In this document: positions 19,292 through 31,176 of the stretch, piece by piece
Numbering within the stretch: the stretch's first letter is position 1
Layout: the number at the start of each line of letters is the position of its first letter
Assembly: GCA_030694965.1 (NCBI GenBank)
Contig: JAUYTZ010000009.1
Location: 137,418 to 201,417, forward strand
DNA length: 64,000 nucleotides
Direction: 5' to 3'
Source of the DNA: Candidatus Paracaedibacteraceae bacterium
GTDB taxonomy: Bacteria; Pseudomonadota; Alphaproteobacteria; Paracaedibacterales; CAIOTO01
Program-made: the position numbers and the translations under genes
Notes under the pieces: model-generated
The model's input: the letters and a program-made list of their open reading frames with translations, nothing else
Database searches by the model: none
Told to the model about the DNA's origin: nothing

Positions 19292-19366
19292 TGTTGATTT
19301 AAAAGATATTGTATAAAAAAGAAGAGAGTAATGGTTTTTCCTTTTTCAAGTGTATGTTTAAAAAAA

Positions 19367-20737
19367 TTAAAATCCTACGTCTTCAATTAAATCTTTTAGT
19401 AAGCCACGAAGATGTTCTTTTAAGTGTGGTAGACCTGCTTCTGTAAAACTTTCAAAACGCGCAACTAAAATTGGCGTTGTGTTTGATGGTCTAATTAGCC
19501 ACCATCCCATTTCAGTTTTTAGCCGCACGCCATCAACGTTACAATATTCAATGTTTGCTTCTTTTAATTTATGCTTTATTTTCTCAACAACATCAAATTT
19601 TTGATTGTCCGGGCATGGTATTTTAATTTCTGGAGTTGAATGAAAGCGCGGTATTAAATCTAAAAATTGTCCTATATCATAGCCAAGTGATGTCAATTCA
19701 AGGACGCGAAGCGCCGCGTATATCCCATCATCGTAGCCATAATATCGGTCTTTAAAGAAAAAATGACCACTCATTTCACCACCAAAAACGGAACCAATTT
19801 TGGGCATTAAGGATTTAAAATGTGAATGTCCTGTTGGTAACATGACTGCTTGACCACCGGCAGCTTCAATAGAATCAAAAACGAGCTGGCTTGTTTTAAC
19901 GTCAGCAACAATTGTTGCTCCAGGATTTGCTTTTAAAATTGTCATGGCGAAAAAAAGTGTTAGCTGGTCACCATATATCATACGTCCTTCGCGGTCAACA
20001 ATACCAAGTCGATCTCCATCACCATCAAACGCTAGGCCTAGGTCTAGCTTCTCAGATTTCACACGTTTGATTAAATCTTCTAGATTATGAGCTTCAGCAG
20101 GATCAGGATGATGATTTGGAAAACTTCCGTCAATGTTTGAAAACAAAAGTTGGCTGTGAATTTGAGGCGGTAACTTTTTAACAAGATGCTCAATAACTTC
20201 GCCGGTTGCCCCGTTTCCGCAATCAATGCCTATACGTAAACCCACATCACCCCATTTTAGATCTTTTAATAGGCGTGTGATATAAGATGCAATTACTGAG
20301 ACTGAAGAAAGTTTTCCAGGCGCTTCGCCCTTAAAATCGTACAAAGCTTGATCGTTTAAGCTTTGTATGTCGTCACCATAAAATGGGCGGTCTGAGAGTG
20401 TTATTTTAAATCCATTATCGGCTGGCGGATTATGGGATCCTGTAATCATAATTCCAGCATCAGCGCCAAGTTGGTTAACCGCAAAATAAAGCATTGGTGT
20501 AGGCCCTAAACCAATATCCGTTACATCAACTCCACGGCTAAGCAATCCTTCAATAAGGCCATCACGTAAGATAGGTGAACTAAGACGGCCATCATAACCA
20601 ATAGCAATCGTTTTTTTTTCGTGCAACTTAAGCCATGCGCCAAATTGTTGTCCAATAGAAACAGACACATCACGGGAAAGTGTGGTGCCAAAAGTGCCTC
20701 TTATATCGTAAGCGCGTAAAATAGTCGATTCAATCAT
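19367..20737 (-). CDS. Phosphomannomutase/phosphoglucomutase
   Basis: RAYDIRG, ITGSHNP, FDGDGDR, GEMSGH, RPSNT. Confidence 0.95.
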   Translation of the reverse strand: MIESTILRAYDIRGTFGTTLSRDVSVSIGQQFGAWLKLHEKKTIAIGYDGRLSSPILRDGLIEGLLSRGVDVTDIGLGPTPMLYFAVNQLGADAGIMITGSHNPPADNGFKITLSDRPFYGDDIQSLNDQALYDFKGEAPGKLSSVSVIASYITRLLKDLKWGDVGLRIGIDCGNGATGEVIEHLVKKLPPQIHSQLLFSNIDGSFPNHHPDPAEAHNLEDLIKRVKSEKLDLGLAFDGDGDRLGIVDREGRMIYGDQLTLFFAMTILKANPGATIVADVKTSQLVFDSIEAAGGQAVMLPTGHSHFKSLMPKIGSVFGGEMSGHFFFKDRYYGYDDGIYAALRVLELTSLGYDIGQFLDLIPRFHSTPEIKIPCPDNQKFDVVEKIKHKLKEANIEYCNVDGVRLKTEMGWWLIRPSNTTPILVARFESFTEAGLPHLKEHLRGLLKDLIEDVGF

Positions 20738-20886
20738 GAGGATCTTCTTTTGTTAAAGTGCCGTTGGTAATTGCCTAATGTTTTTGTAATCTAACGTATA
20801 ATGGGTTGATTGTGCAAGAATCTTTAGGTTAAGCATTTATGAAGATTGCTATCGCTACAAACAAATTAATACTGTAAACTGACATT

Positions 20887-20938
20887 TTTATTGCTGTATG
20901 AAAATAAGCAACTTTATTGCTGTATGAAAATAAGCAAC
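20887..20938 (+). repeat. 26-bp perfect tandem repeat containing palindrome TTGCT-N11-AGCAA
   Basis: TTTATTGCTGTATGAAAATAAGCAAC x2 in the divergent pgm/rhodanese intergenic region. Confidence 0.9.
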
Positions 20939-21044
20939 ACTTCAATTTTTTTATGCTTTTTCAGAAAAAAACGCTAAGAAAGTCGATCATCCTCATGTTA
21001 TTCTTTAGCATGTTTTAATATGAAATAGAGTGTAGGTTGATATT

Positions 21045-21569
21045 ATGTTTCCAGAAATTGATTCAAAAACATTAAAAAAGTGGATGAAGAATCGTGACGT
21101 ATTGCTTGTTGACGTTAGAGAGCCAAGTGAATTTGAAAGTGAAAGAATTGAGGGGGCTTTATTAATACCTCTTTCTCTGGTTTCGTACGAATGCCTTCCT
21201 TTAGAAGGAAAAACAAAAATCGTATTTCAATGCCGCTCTGGCAAGAGAAGCCAATTAGCGTGTTCTAAAGTCCAAGATGACATTGATGACAAGTTTGAAC
21301 TTTACTCACTTGCAGGTGGTATTTTAGCGTGGAGAGAAGCTGGCTTTTCAGTTCTTTCTGGTCCTGAAAAAGAAAAACTGCTGGATAAGATATGCAGCAT
21401 AAAGAACCTAAAATCTTTATTTGCTTCAACAGCGCACCAAGCCTGTTTCATAGGAGGTGCATTACTTCTGTTTTGTATTTTTCTTAGTGCTTTTGCTAGT
21501 CCGCATTTTGCATGGGGGTTCTTACTAGTGGCAATTGGTCTGATCGTAAGTGCGTTTAAAAAAAGTTAA
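21045..21569 (+). CDS. Rhodanese domain protein with C-terminal TM helices (YgaP-like)
   Basis: LVDVREPSEF, QCRSGKRS, LAGGILAW, two C-terminal TM segments. Confidence 0.88.
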   Translation: MFPEIDSKTLKKWMKNRDVLLVDVREPSEFESERIEGALLIPLSLVSYECLPLEGKTKIVFQCRSGKRSQLACSKVQDDIDDKFELYSLAGGILAWREAGFSVLSGPEKEKLLDKICSIKNLKSLFASTAHQACFIGGALLLFCIFLSAFASPHFAWGFLLVAIGLIVSAFKKS

Positions 21570-21599
21570 TTCGTTTTTGTATAACTATTGAAAGATGAT

Positions 21600-22415
21600 T
21601 TAAAAAACGTGCAATATATCTTTAAAAAGCGTCATTAGAACTTCGGTTACAATTAAAAGTATAATAATCCACTCAAGCCTTGATGAATGTGCATGCTTTA
21701 ATTCATTTGATAAAATATCATAAAGCTCATGGATAACATCAAGACGCTTGTTTAAAATATCAAGTCTTTGTTTAATGTCCATATATTCAGATGCCATATG
21801 GTAATAAGTTTCATAACGTGGTCTGCGCCAGAAAAACTCGGGAGTATCAAGTATGTCACAATGTAAATTAATAGAATTTCGTTCCGCAAATAAGGCGCCA
21901 ATTTTTTGTGATATTTTTTTGCGTGACATCGATATTTTCCCTGTTTGAGCAAGCTCAGCAGGCAATTGGTATGTGCGTTCAATCGTGCGAGCAATACTTT
22001 GCTCAAAAGCTTCCATTTTTACAGATTGTGTTAAACCATGTGAGATGGATAATTTTATGAGGTCATCACCAGATTCCAAAATGATTTCGTCATCTTCTTC
22101 ATTAATCAGCGTGGTTTCGCCGTAATCATAAATAGATGCGTCCATTGTGGCAGAAGAAAGTGAAAGAATTTCAAAGGCTTTAATTTCTGAAATGAAATTG
22201 TGCTCTTCTTCTTCCGTTAAGCCCCAAAGACTGACACATCCGTATGGAAATATATAAATCTCAGCATCTTGGCTTTCATCTTCATTTGATTCACGCATTT
22301 TGTGAATATGGATTACATTGTCATAAAATTTAGGATCCATGCCTTGTTTGCGTAGGAAGCGTGCTAATTCATCTATTTCATAACGTTCAGCATTACAGTA
22401 TGAAGCACATCTCAT
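21600..22415 (-). CDS. RMD1 family (DUF155) protein
   Basis: YCNAERY, FPYGCVSLWG, SHGLTQSVK, ILDTPEFFW, RLDILNKRL, SSRLEWIIILLI. Confidence 0.9.
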   Translation of the reverse strand: MRCASYCNAERYEIDELARFLRKQGMDPKFYDNVIHIHKMRESNEDESQDAEIYIFPYGCVSLWGLTEEEEHNFISEIKAFEILSLSSATMDASIYDYGETTLINEEDDEIILESGDDLIKLSISHGLTQSVKMEAFEQSIARTIERTYQLPAELAQTGKISMSRKKISQKIGALFAERNSINLHCDILDTPEFFWRRPRYETYYHMASEYMDIKQRLDILNKRLDVIHELYDILSNELKHAHSSRLEWIIILLIVTEVLMTLFKDILHVF

Positions 22416-22494
22416 TGGATGGAATTACCTTTTGAATTATATTTTTAACATAATTATATAGAAAAATATTATTAATACAAGATTTTGACAGCAT

Positions 22495-22526
22495 AAAAAA
22501 TAAAGGCTCTTTCAAAGAGCCTTTAT
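22495..22526 (-). terminator. Intrinsic terminator after maeB
   Basis: TAAAGGCTCT-TTCAA-AGAGCCTTTA hairpin with an adjacent A-run (U-tract on the minus strand). Confidence 0.75.
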
Positions 22527-22543
22527 AATGCGGTTTAGTTTTA

Positions 22544-24835
22544 TTAGCAGGAGAAGCGTTCGCGCGCTTCAACAACAGAAAACGTTGCCAAGTTAACAAT
22601 GGTGCGAACAGATGCGCCTGGACTTAAAATATGAGCAACGCCATCTAGCCCCATTAAAATTGGACCAATAGTTGAGCAATCAGTAATTGATTTAACCATA
22701 TTGTATGAAATATTAGCAGATTCAATGTTCGGGAAAATTAAAAGATTTGCACTGCCTGTTAACTGTGAATTTGGAAATAGTTCAGATCTCAGTGTTTCAT
22801 CGAGGGCAAGGTCAGCATGCATTTCACCTTCAATTTCAAGTTCAGGGTAGTTTGCTTTAAGAGAAGTTAAAACAGTTCTCATCTTTTCAGCAGATTCGAG
22901 CTTAGATGAACCAAAGTTAGAATGCGATACAAGAGCAATTTTTGGTTTTATACCAAACCTTCGAATTTGATTGATTGCAAGTTTTGTCATTTCTTCAAGC
23001 ATTTCTGCTGTTGGATTCTCATTAAGATATGGGTCACAACAAAAGAGAGGGCCTTTGTCATCTATAATAAGTGTTGTCATTGCTGCACACAGTTTTGCGT
23101 CTTCACGTAATCCAAGAACGCGGCGAATATATTGGAAATGTTCAACGTAGCGTCCTATAAGACCACAAATCATAGCATCTGCATCGCCAAGATGAACAAG
23201 AAGGCTAGCTATAATCGTGTTTTTTGTGCGTACTTGAACTTTTGCTATTTCAGGAGTCACACCTTTACGTTCCATCAGTGAATGGTATGCCTGCCAATAT
23301 CGTGTAAAACGTTCATCACAATTTGGATCAATAATGTTGTAATGAATTCCTTTTTGGATACGTAATCCTAAGTGTTCGATACGCCATTGAATAACATCTG
23401 GACGTCCAATTAAAATACAATGCCCAATTCCTTTGTCAGCTAAAGACTGCACAGCTTGCAATACACGTGTATCTTCGCCCTCAGCAAAAGCTAGTTTAAT
23501 AGGACGATCTGTTGGTTTTGCTGCTGCATCAAAAATAGGGCGCATAACTGAGCTTGATTTGTAAACAAAGCTTTCAAGCTCTTGGTGATAAGCCGTCATG
23601 TTTTTTATAGGGCGCAGCGCGATACCTGAATCCATAGCCGCTTGTGCAACGGCATAGGAAATTTCTACATATAGACGTGCATCAAATGGTTTTGGGATGA
23701 TGTAATTGCGACCAAAGCGGTGTATTTCACCACCATACGCATTTGATACAATGTCAGAACTTTCTGCTTTTGCAAGTTGAGCTATTGTGTTAACGCAGGC
23801 AATTTTCATTGCTTGATTAATATTTCGTGCGCCAACATCGAGTGCTCCTCTAAAGATATATGGGAAGCAAACAGCATTATTTACTTGATTTGGAAAGTCA
23901 GACCGTCCAGTTGCAACAATTGCATCAGGGCGCAATTCTAAAACGAGTTTTGGGCTGATTTCAGGCTCTGGATTTGAAAGAGCTAAAATAATTGGATTTT
24001 CAGCAAGCGTTAGTAACATTTCTTTTGTCATGATGTTCGGGACAGATGACAGACCAAGGAATATATCGGCGCCGGCAAGAGCATCAGCAAGCGTGCGATT
24101 TTCTGTATGTTGGGCAAAAGCAAGTTTGCTTGGCTCACTTAAGTCGGGACGATTCGCGTAAATAACACCTTTGCTATCACAGACCGTTATATTTTCACGT
24201 TTCATGCCAAGTTCAATAAGTAAGTCAAGGCAAGCAAGAGCACTTGCGCCTGCACCAGCTGTAACAAGACGAACGTTATTGATTGATTTATTAGCAAGTT
24301 CTAAAGCGTTTTTAATAGCTGCGCAGACAATTACGGCTGTTCCATGTTGATCGTCGTGAAATACAGGAATATTCATGCGTTCTTTAAGACGACGTTCAAT
24401 TTCAAAACATTCAGGTGCCTTAATATCTTCAAGATTTATACCACCAAATGTGGGTTCGAGTGAGGCTATAATTTCAACAAGTTTATCTGTATCAGTTTCG
24501 TCTATTTCAATATCAAAAGCATCAATGTTTGCAAATTTTTTGAAAAGAATTGCTTTTCCTTCCATTACAGGTTTTGATGCAAGCGCGCCAATATTACCAA
24601 GGCCTAAAACAGCCGTACCATTTGAAATAACAGCGATTAAGTTGCTACGTGACGTAAGCTCTGCTGCTTCATTCGGATCACGATAGATAGCCATGCATGG
24701 TTCAGCTACACCAGGTGAATAGGCAAGTGCCAAATCTTCTCTATCATCAACAGGTTTTGTTGGCACAACAGCAATTTTTCCATAAGGCTTACGACGGTGA
24801 TAAGCAAGCGATTCAGTATAAACATTAAAATTCAT
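22544..24835 (-). CDS. maeB: NADP-dependent malic enzyme with PTA-like domain
   Basis: [46 protein letters not shown]; C-terminal FAEGED...SHSNFGS. Start at 24835 with RBS. Confidence 0.96.
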   Translation of the reverse strand: MNFNVYTESLAYHRRKPYGKIAVVPTKPVDDREDLALAYSPGVAEPCMAIYRDPNEAAELTSRSNLIAVISNGTAVLGLGNIGALASKPVMEGKAILFKKFANIDAFDIEIDETDTDKLVEIIASLEPTFGGINLEDIKAPECFEIERRLKERMNIPVFHDDQHGTAVIVCAAIKNALELANKSINNVRLVTAGAGASALACLDLLIELGMKRENITVCDSKGVIYANRPDLSEPSKLAFAQHTENRTLADALAGADIFLGLSSVPNIMTKEMLLTLAENPIILALSNPEPEISPKLVLELRPDAIVATGRSDFPNQVNNAVCFPYIFRGALDVGARNINQAMKIACVNTIAQLAKAESSDIVSNAYGGEIHRFGRNYIIPKPFDARLYVEISYAVAQAAMDSGIALRPIKNMTAYHQELESFVYKSSSVMRPIFDAAAKPTDRPIKLAFAEGEDTRVLQAVQSLADKGIGHCILIGRPDVIQWRIEHLGLRIQKGIHYNIIDPNCDERFTRYWQAYHSLMERKGVTPEIAKVQVRTKNTIIASLLVHLGDADAMICGLIGRYVEHFQYIRRVLGLREDAKLCAAMTTLIIDDKGPLFCCDPYLNENPTAEMLEEMTKLAINQIRRFGIKPKIALVSHSNFGSSKLESAEKMRTVLTSLKANYPELEIEGEMHADLALDETLRSELFPNSQLTGSANLLIFPNIESANISYNMVKSITDCSTIGPILMGLDGVAHILSPGASVRTIVNLATFSVVEARERFSC

Positions 24836-25201
24836 AGTATTCCTTATTTTTTTATAAGTCTCAAAGGTTTCAAAGAATGATTTGTTATACCACGAGAAAG
24901 TGCACAATGCATCAACCAACTCTTCATTTTATGAAAAATAAGTAATATTAAAGTGGAAGTAAAATCAAGCGATCCAGGATTAAGTTTTTTGAAAAAATGA
25001 TTTTCCTTAGCATTTTATTATTCTGTAAAGCAGCTGTAATATGTTAGGATCACACAAATCTTAGTTCTATTGTGTGCGCGAGTGTCTTTGATCAAAGCTA
25101 TATTACAATCGGTTTTTAATATTCGTTTAAGTCTTATTGTAGGATTGTTTTTTGCCACATTATGGAGCGGGTGTAATCATTTTAATAAGCAGGATCATGC
25201 T

Positions 25202-25465
25202 ATGCCTAAAATTGAAATCTATTCAAAAGAAATTTGCCCTTATTGCGTACGGGCAAAAAAATTATTTGTTAAAAAAGGTTTTGAATTTATCGAAACTGAT
25301 ATAGGTAATGATACTGCATTGCGTGACTTTATGATAAAGCGTGCAAATGGTAAGCAAACAGTGCCGCAAATTTTTATTAATGACCAGCATATTGGCGGAT
25401 GTGATGACTTATACGCACTTGATTCAGAAGGTAAACTTGATGCTTTATTAAAGGATCCAGAATAA
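25202..25465 (+). CDS. grxC: Glutaredoxin 3
   Basis: CPYC, TVPQIFI, IGGCDDL. Confidence 0.95.
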   Translation: MPKIEIYSKEICPYCVRAKKLFVKKGFEFIETDIGNDTALRDFMIKRANGKQTVPQIFINDQHIGGCDDLYALDSEGKLDALLKDPE

Positions 25466-26428
25466 ATGTCTACATTTCAAAATCAAATTGAGCAAAACGT
25501 AATGCGAACTAAAATGCTTATAATAGGCGGTGGACCAGCAGGTTATACAGCAGCTATTTATGCGGCACGCGCGAACATGAAACCGATCCAAGCGCTTGGG
25601 ATTCAACCTGGCGGCCAATTGATGATTACAACAGATGTAGAAAATTATCCAGGGTACAGCCAAGTGATTCAAGGACCATTTTTGATGTCTGAAATGCGCG
25701 CACAGGCTGAACACGTTGGTACACGTACAATTGAAGACACCATTGTTGATGTTGACTTTAGTTCACGACCATTTCATGCAATAACAGAAGATGGTTTTAC
25801 AATTATAGCAGATACAGTTGTTATTTCTACTGGTGCAAAAGCACGTTGGTTAGGGCTTGAATCTGAAACAAAATTTAGAGGTTTTGGTGTTTCTGCATGT
25901 GCGACATGTGATGGTTTTTTCTTTAGAGGGAAAAAAGTCGCTGTTGTTGGCGGCGGAAACTCTGCTGTTGAAGAAGCCATTTATTTAACGAACCATGCAG
26001 AGCATGTGACGTTGATTCATAGACGTGATGCATTGCGGGCAGAAAAGATTGCGCAAGACCGTTTGCTTGCTAACCCTAAAATTTCAGTAATTTGGAATGC
26101 AGATGTGATGGAGGTGTGTGGTTCAGAGAATCCATTATCGGTTACGCATTTAATGTTAAAAGACACTGTAACAGGCGGCACGTCAAAATTAGATGTAGAT
26201 GGCGTATTTATAGCTATTGGACATGATCCAGCAAGCACTTTGTTTAAAGATAAAGTTGATCTTGATTCAGAAGGTTATATCACGACAAAGCCAAATAGTA
26301 CTGAGACTTCCGTTTCTGGTGTGTTTGCTGCAGGTGATGTGCAGGATAAAGTTTTTCGCCAGGCAGTGACGGCTGCGGGGCAGGGATGTATGGCTGCCCT
26401 CGAAGCTGAGCGTTTTTTGAGTCATTAA
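25466..26428 (+). CDS. trxB: Thioredoxin reductase
   Basis: GGGPAG, CATCDG, GGGNSAVEEA, HRRD, AAGDV. Confidence 0.97.
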   Translation: MSTFQNQIEQNVMRTKMLIIGGGPAGYTAAIYAARANMKPIQALGIQPGGQLMITTDVENYPGYSQVIQGPFLMSEMRAQAEHVGTRTIEDTIVDVDFSSRPFHAITEDGFTIIADTVVISTGAKARWLGLESETKFRGFGVSACATCDGFFFRGKKVAVVGGGNSAVEEAIYLTNHAEHVTLIHRRDALRAEKIAQDRLLANPKISVIWNADVMEVCGSENPLSVTHLMLKDTVTGGTSKLDVDGVFIAIGHDPASTLFKDKVDLDSEGYITTKPNSTETSVSGVFAAGDVQDKVFRQAVTAAGQGCMAALEAERFLSH

Positions 26429-26434
26429 ACAATT

Positions 26435-27430
26435 ATGGCACAAATTACGTATTCTTATATAACGGATATCGAATTTGAGGAGCTTATGGCTCCTTTTTTT
26501 ATAAAAGACCATTTTGCTGTCGCTGTTTCTGGTGGTGTAGATAGTATAGCACTTGGTTATTTAGCAAATCGCTATGCTATAAAGAACGACTTGCAAATGA
26601 CGGCGTTAACTGTTGATCACGGACTGCGCTTAGAATCTGTCGAGGAGGCTGAATGGGTGCATTCTTTGATGGCTCAAAATAATATTGTGCATGAGGTGCT
26701 GCTTTGGAAGCATGCTGGGGAATTGCCACAAACCAAAATTCAAGAATCTGCACGTATTGCGCGTTATGATCTACTTTCTACTTGGTGCAAGGCTAATGCT
26801 GTTCAATTCCTTTTAACGGCACACCACTTGGATGATCAAGTTGAAACATTTTTTATACGCCTGGCTCACCGATCAGGTTTAAAAGGATTATCTTCCATGC
26901 GTCAAACGCGCGAGACTCCTTTTGGTTCTTTGCTACGCCCACTTCTACCTATATCAAAGGCGCGCCTGGTTGCAACGTTGCAGCATTATAATGTTGAATG
27001 GCGCGATGACCCCAGTAATGCAAAAGATCAATTTGAGCGGGTTCGATTTCGTAAAGCATTGAGTCAAATGTATGATCAAGGCCTTTTAGATCCTTCAAAT
27101 ATTACAGAAAGTATTAGAAAATTACAAAATATAGATGATTTTTTTGATGAGAGCGTAAGGTTTTTTTTGAATACATATGATTTACAAAATTTTCCGCTTA
27201 AGGCATTTCAACAGCAGCATCCACTGCTGCAGTGTCGTATTTTATCTTTCATTGTGAAGAAATTATCTTTAAAACGTTATATGCCGCCAGATGCTACTTT
27301 TGAAAGAGCACGTCAGAAAATGATGAATTCTAATTTTAAAGGGTTAACTTTAGGTGGGCTTTATTTTAGGCGTGCTGCGGGTAGCACGATTCAAGTGAGT
27401 TATGAAATGCGAAAGATTTATGATTGTTAA
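26435..27430 (+). CDS. tilS: tRNA(Ile)-lysidine synthetase
   Basis: AVSGGVDS, VDHGLR, ARIARY, AHHLDDQVET, DPSN. Confidence 0.93.
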   Translation: MAQITYSYITDIEFEELMAPFFIKDHFAVAVSGGVDSIALGYLANRYAIKNDLQMTALTVDHGLRLESVEEAEWVHSLMAQNNIVHEVLLWKHAGELPQTKIQESARIARYDLLSTWCKANAVQFLLTAHHLDDQVETFFIRLAHRSGLKGLSSMRQTRETPFGSLLRPLLPISKARLVATLQHYNVEWRDDPSNAKDQFERVRFRKALSQMYDQGLLDPSNITESIRKLQNIDDFFDESVRFFLNTYDLQNFPLKAFQQQHPLLQCRILSFIVKKLSLKRYMPPDATFERARQKMMNSNFKGLTLGGLYFRRAAGSTIQVSYEMRKIYDC

Positions 27431-27709
27431 AAATCATCTTGGTTTGTAATTATTGTCTCTTTGTGCTGATGATCACTGTGATATGCGTAATAGAGTTATA
27501 AGGGGTTTTACTAACGTCTCAGTGTGTTTGTGCGCCTTTATGTATTATCATCACTGCTTGATAAAAATGGCTAGGTGATACGGATTTCTGCTAAACCTAC
27601 CCCTAAATACTTCATAAAATGAACTCTCTTTAAGTTAGAACTGTTTATATATTATTTAAACACCTTAATTTAAGAAATGAAATATTTTTTATGTAGTTTT
27701 GGTTTTTGC

Positions 27710-28840
27710 TTAAATAACCGCAGATTTTCGTTTGCGCTGACTTTCAGATTTAAGTTGTCCACATGCTGCTAAAATATCACGGCCTCTTGGTGTTCGTACA
27801 GGTGATGCATAGCCCGCACGATAGACAATATCTGAAAAGGATGCGATACGCGCAGGCGTTGAGCATTCAAAGGATGAACCTGGCCACGGGTTGAATGGAA
27901 TAAGGTTGATTTTAGCTGGAATGCCACGAATCAAACGAAGCAATTCCCGTGCATCTGCGTCTGAGTCATTGACATCTTTCAACATCACATATTCAAATGT
28001 AATACGGCGTGAATTATTTACACCAGGGTAATTGCGGCATGCCTCGATTAGTTGATCAATTGGATATTTTTTATTAATAGGAACAAGAATATCACGAATG
28101 TCATTGCGTGCAGCATGTAAAGATACAGCAAGGTTTACGCCAAGTTCATCTCCGCAACGTTGCATCAAGGGAACAACGCCTGATGTTGAAAGTGTGATGC
28201 GGCGTTTAGATAAAGAAATACCCTGATGGTCCATAATGATAGTCAATGCTTTTGAAACATTTTCAAAATTATAAAGAGGTTCGCCCATACCCATCATGAC
28301 AATATTTGATACATGGCGTTGTCCAACAGGCGATGGCCATTCATTAAAGACATCACGCGCAACCATCATTTGACCGACTATTTCAGCTGGGTCAAGATTG
28401 CGTACAAGTGTTTGGGTGCCTGTGTGACAAAATTTGCATGTTAGCGTGCAACCAATTTGCGATGATACGCAAAGTGTGCCACGATCTACTTCAGGAATAT
28501 GAACTGTTTCTGCTTCCTGTCCATCAGCAAACCGTAATAGCCATTTTTGTGTCCCATCTGTTGATGTAAGTGCCATTGCTATTTTGGGGCGTTCAATAAC
28601 AAATGTATCTTCTAATATTTGACGTACAGGTTTAGGCATATTTACCATGCGATCAAATGATGTAACACCGTGATGATAAAGCCAATTCCATAATTGCTGG
28701 ACACGATAAGCCGGTATATCATGTTCTGCTAAATATGTTTTTAATTCGCCACGGTCAAGGCCTATAAGATTTTTCTTAGTCACGGTATTGTCCATTTTTT
28801 GTACTCGTATTTTAATTGGGTCTGTTTTTATGATTTTCAA
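27710..28840 (-). CDS. rlmN: Dual-specificity RNA methyltransferase RlmN
   Basis: CxxxCxxC (CTLTCKFC), [18 protein letters not shown]. Alternative start at 28795. Confidence 0.97.
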   Translation of the reverse strand: MKIIKTDPIKIRVQKMDNTVTKKNLIGLDRGELKTYLAEHDIPAYRVQQLWNWLYHHGVTSFDRMVNMPKPVRQILEDTFVIERPKIAMALTSTDGTQKWLLRFADGQEAETVHIPEVDRGTLCVSSQIGCTLTCKFCHTGTQTLVRNLDPAEIVGQMMVARDVFNEWPSPVGQRHVSNIVMMGMGEPLYNFENVSKALTIIMDHQGISLSKRRITLSTSGVVPLMQRCGDELGVNLAVSLHAARNDIRDILVPINKKYPIDQLIEACRNYPGVNNSRRITFEYVMLKDVNDSDADARELLRLIRGIPAKINLIPFNPWPGSSFECSTPARIASFSDIVYRAGYASPVRTPRGRDILAACGQLKSESQRKRKSAVI

Positions 28841-28842
28841 GT

Positions 28843-30387
28843 TTATTTTAGGCGCATATTGCTTTTAAAACGACCTAAATTGAGAGCGCCTGTTATCCAT
28901 GCTGAGGTTGCAAAAACACTAACTCCTCCAACAGAGGCAAGAAGAATAAATATGGCTTTCCACCAAACGTTGTATAAGATAACAGGGTGCAGCCAAAATT
29001 TTATCCCATAGATAAAAGGCAGAGCAATCATGATAGATAGTAGAAGGCGCGCACAAAAAATTTTAAGTTCGTTAGATATTACAAATTGTTTTCGCTTGTG
29101 GAGTAGGTATGCAAGTACAAGTGCATTTAACCATGCCGAAGTTGCTGTTGCCATGGCAAGACCAACATGCATATATCTATCCACAAGGAGTAGGTTTAAT
29201 AGAAGATTTAGTACAACAGAGCAAACAGCAACAATAACTGGTGTTTTTGTATCTTGATTGGAAAAGAATGTTGTTGAAAAAATTTTAATCAAAATATAAG
29301 CAGGTAAACCTATGGCAAATGCGATTAAGGCTGCAGCTGTTGCTTGTGTATCTATAAGTGTGAATTTACCATGTTGAAAAACCATACCAACAATAGGCAC
29401 TGCCCAAACAATAAGGCCACACATAGATGGTAGTGTAAGTAGCATTGCAAATTCAATAGAATCGCGTTGAGTTGCAAGTGATTCTTCAGCTTTCCCTGCT
29501 GCAACGTGGCGCGACATTAAAGGAAGCAAAACGGTACTAATCGCGGTTCCAATCACACTTAATGGAAGTTGATTTAATCGTTCTGCATAATCTAAATAAG
29601 ATATGTAGCCAGCAGGTAAACGTGATCCAATAATCATATCAATTAAAATATTAATTTGAACCACGCCAGCACCAAGGGCACCAGGTCCAACTTTCCTAAA
29701 AAAAACTTTTACACGTGGCGATATGGTTGGAAACTTAAGATTAATACCATAGCCTGAATAAATAGATGGAATAAGAACCCATAATAATTGCACGACGCCG
29801 CATCCAAATACAGCAATTGAAAAATCTATGCCTGGTTCACCCGACAGTACTTTTGTTGCAAATGTGACAAATATAAGAATGAAAATATTTCCAATAACTG
29901 GGGATGACGCTACAAGAAAAAAGCGATCAAGAGAATTTAGGATGCCGCTATAAAAAGCAGTGAGAGAAATAAATAAAATAAAAGGAAATGTAATGCGTGT
30001 GAATTTTATAGTAAGGCTTAAACGTTCTGGGTCAAAGCCTGGTGCTAAAATTTTAAAAATAGATGGCAAGAAGATTTCTACAATAATGATAAGAATGCAT
30101 AAAAAAAGTGTTAGCCAGCTTAAAATTTGTTCAGCAAAAGTAAGTGCCTCCTGTCTATTTTCGGGTTTGCTAAAAAGTGCTGCGAACATAGGAACGAAAG
30201 ACGCATTAAAGGCTCCTTCAGCAAAGATGCGACGAAAAAGAGATGGCAGTTTCATTGCAATTTTAAGTGCATCAGATGTAGCGCCAGCACCAAGAAGCGA
30301 TGCTGTTAGAATTTCGCGTAAGAATCCAACGATTCGACTTAATATTGTAAGTAAGCCAACCGTGAAAAATGAACGGTAGAGAGCCAT
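28843..30387 (-). CDS. murJ: Lipid II flippase MurJ
   Basis: [30 protein letters not shown]. Confidence 0.96.
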   Translation of the reverse strand: MALYRSFFTVGLLTILSRIVGFLREILTASLLGAGATSDALKIAMKLPSLFRRIFAEGAFNASFVPMFAALFSKPENRQEALTFAEQILSWLTLFLCILIIIVEIFLPSIFKILAPGFDPERLSLTIKFTRITFPFILFISLTAFYSGILNSLDRFFLVASSPVIGNIFILIFVTFATKVLSGEPGIDFSIAVFGCGVVQLLWVLIPSIYSGYGINLKFPTISPRVKVFFRKVGPGALGAGVVQINILIDMIIGSRLPAGYISYLDYAERLNQLPLSVIGTAISTVLLPLMSRHVAAGKAEESLATQRDSIEFAMLLTLPSMCGLIVWAVPIVGMVFQHGKFTLIDTQATAAALIAFAIGLPAYILIKIFSTTFFSNQDTKTPVIVAVCSVVLNLLLNLLLVDRYMHVGLAMATATSAWLNALVLAYLLHKRKQFVISNELKIFCARLLLSIMIALPFIYGIKFWLHPVILYNVWWKAIFILLASVGGVSVFATSAWITGALNLGRFKSNMRLK

Positions 30388-30454
30388 AAAAAATGTCTAT
30401 TTTATAATTATTACTATGGGCCTTCATAGCATGTTTATGCTTTTAATAGTAGTT

Positions 30455-31099
30455 TTATTTATCAGGCATAACTTTAGATTCATTGCCAGACATAAGTCTT
30501 TTTATGTTTTCACGATGTGTAAACACGATTAAAATTGCAAAAAAGAAAGATATTTTAAAAAGATAGCCACACATAAACTGAGATAAATAAAAAGCATATA
30601 GTGGCGATAGCACGAATGCAATAAGTGCTGATAAAGATGAAATTTTAAATAACTTTGTTGTTATTACCCATGTACAAACGGTGATGGTTCCTAATAGTGG
30701 ATTCAAACCAAAGTAAACACCTAAGGCTGTTGCAACACCTTTTCCTCCTTTAAACCCTAGCCAAACAGGAAAGACATGACCAATGACTGAAGCAATCGCT
30801 ATGCTAAATAATAACACATTTAACATGTTAGTATACTCAGGTGAATATGTTCCAGAAATGGATGATTCTATTGCAGCTAGTTTTGCAGCAACACAAGCAA
30901 CAGGAATAAACCCTTTTAAAAAATCACAGAGCAAGGTCGTAATCGCTATTGTTTTATTTCCAGTACGTAAAACATTCGTAGCACCTATGTTTCCGGATCC
31001 AATTTTTCGAATGTCACCCATACCTGCAAGTTTTGAAAAAATCAAACCAAAGGGGATTGATCCAAGGATATAGGCGAGTGTAGTTAAAATATAGACCAT
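30455..31099 (-). CDS. plsY: Glycerol-3-phosphate acyltransferase PlsY
   Basis: GSIPFG, GSGNIGATNVLR, GHVFP, GGKGVAT, HRENIKRL. Confidence 0.97.
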   Translation of the reverse strand: MVYILTTLAYILGSIPFGLIFSKLAGMGDIRKIGSGNIGATNVLRTGNKTIAITTLLCDFLKGFIPVACVAAKLAAIESSISGTYSPEYTNMLNVLLFSIAIASVIGHVFPVWLGFKGGKGVATALGVYFGLNPLLGTITVCTWVITTKLFKISSLSALIAFVLSPLYAFYLSQFMCGYLFKISFFFAILIVFTHRENIKRLMSGNESKVMPDK

Positions 31100-31176
31100 G
31101 TGGTACCAAAAACTTATAGATTTATTTAAAAAATAAGCTTAGAATCCACGTTAAGTCAAGAAAAAGAAAAAATTTT

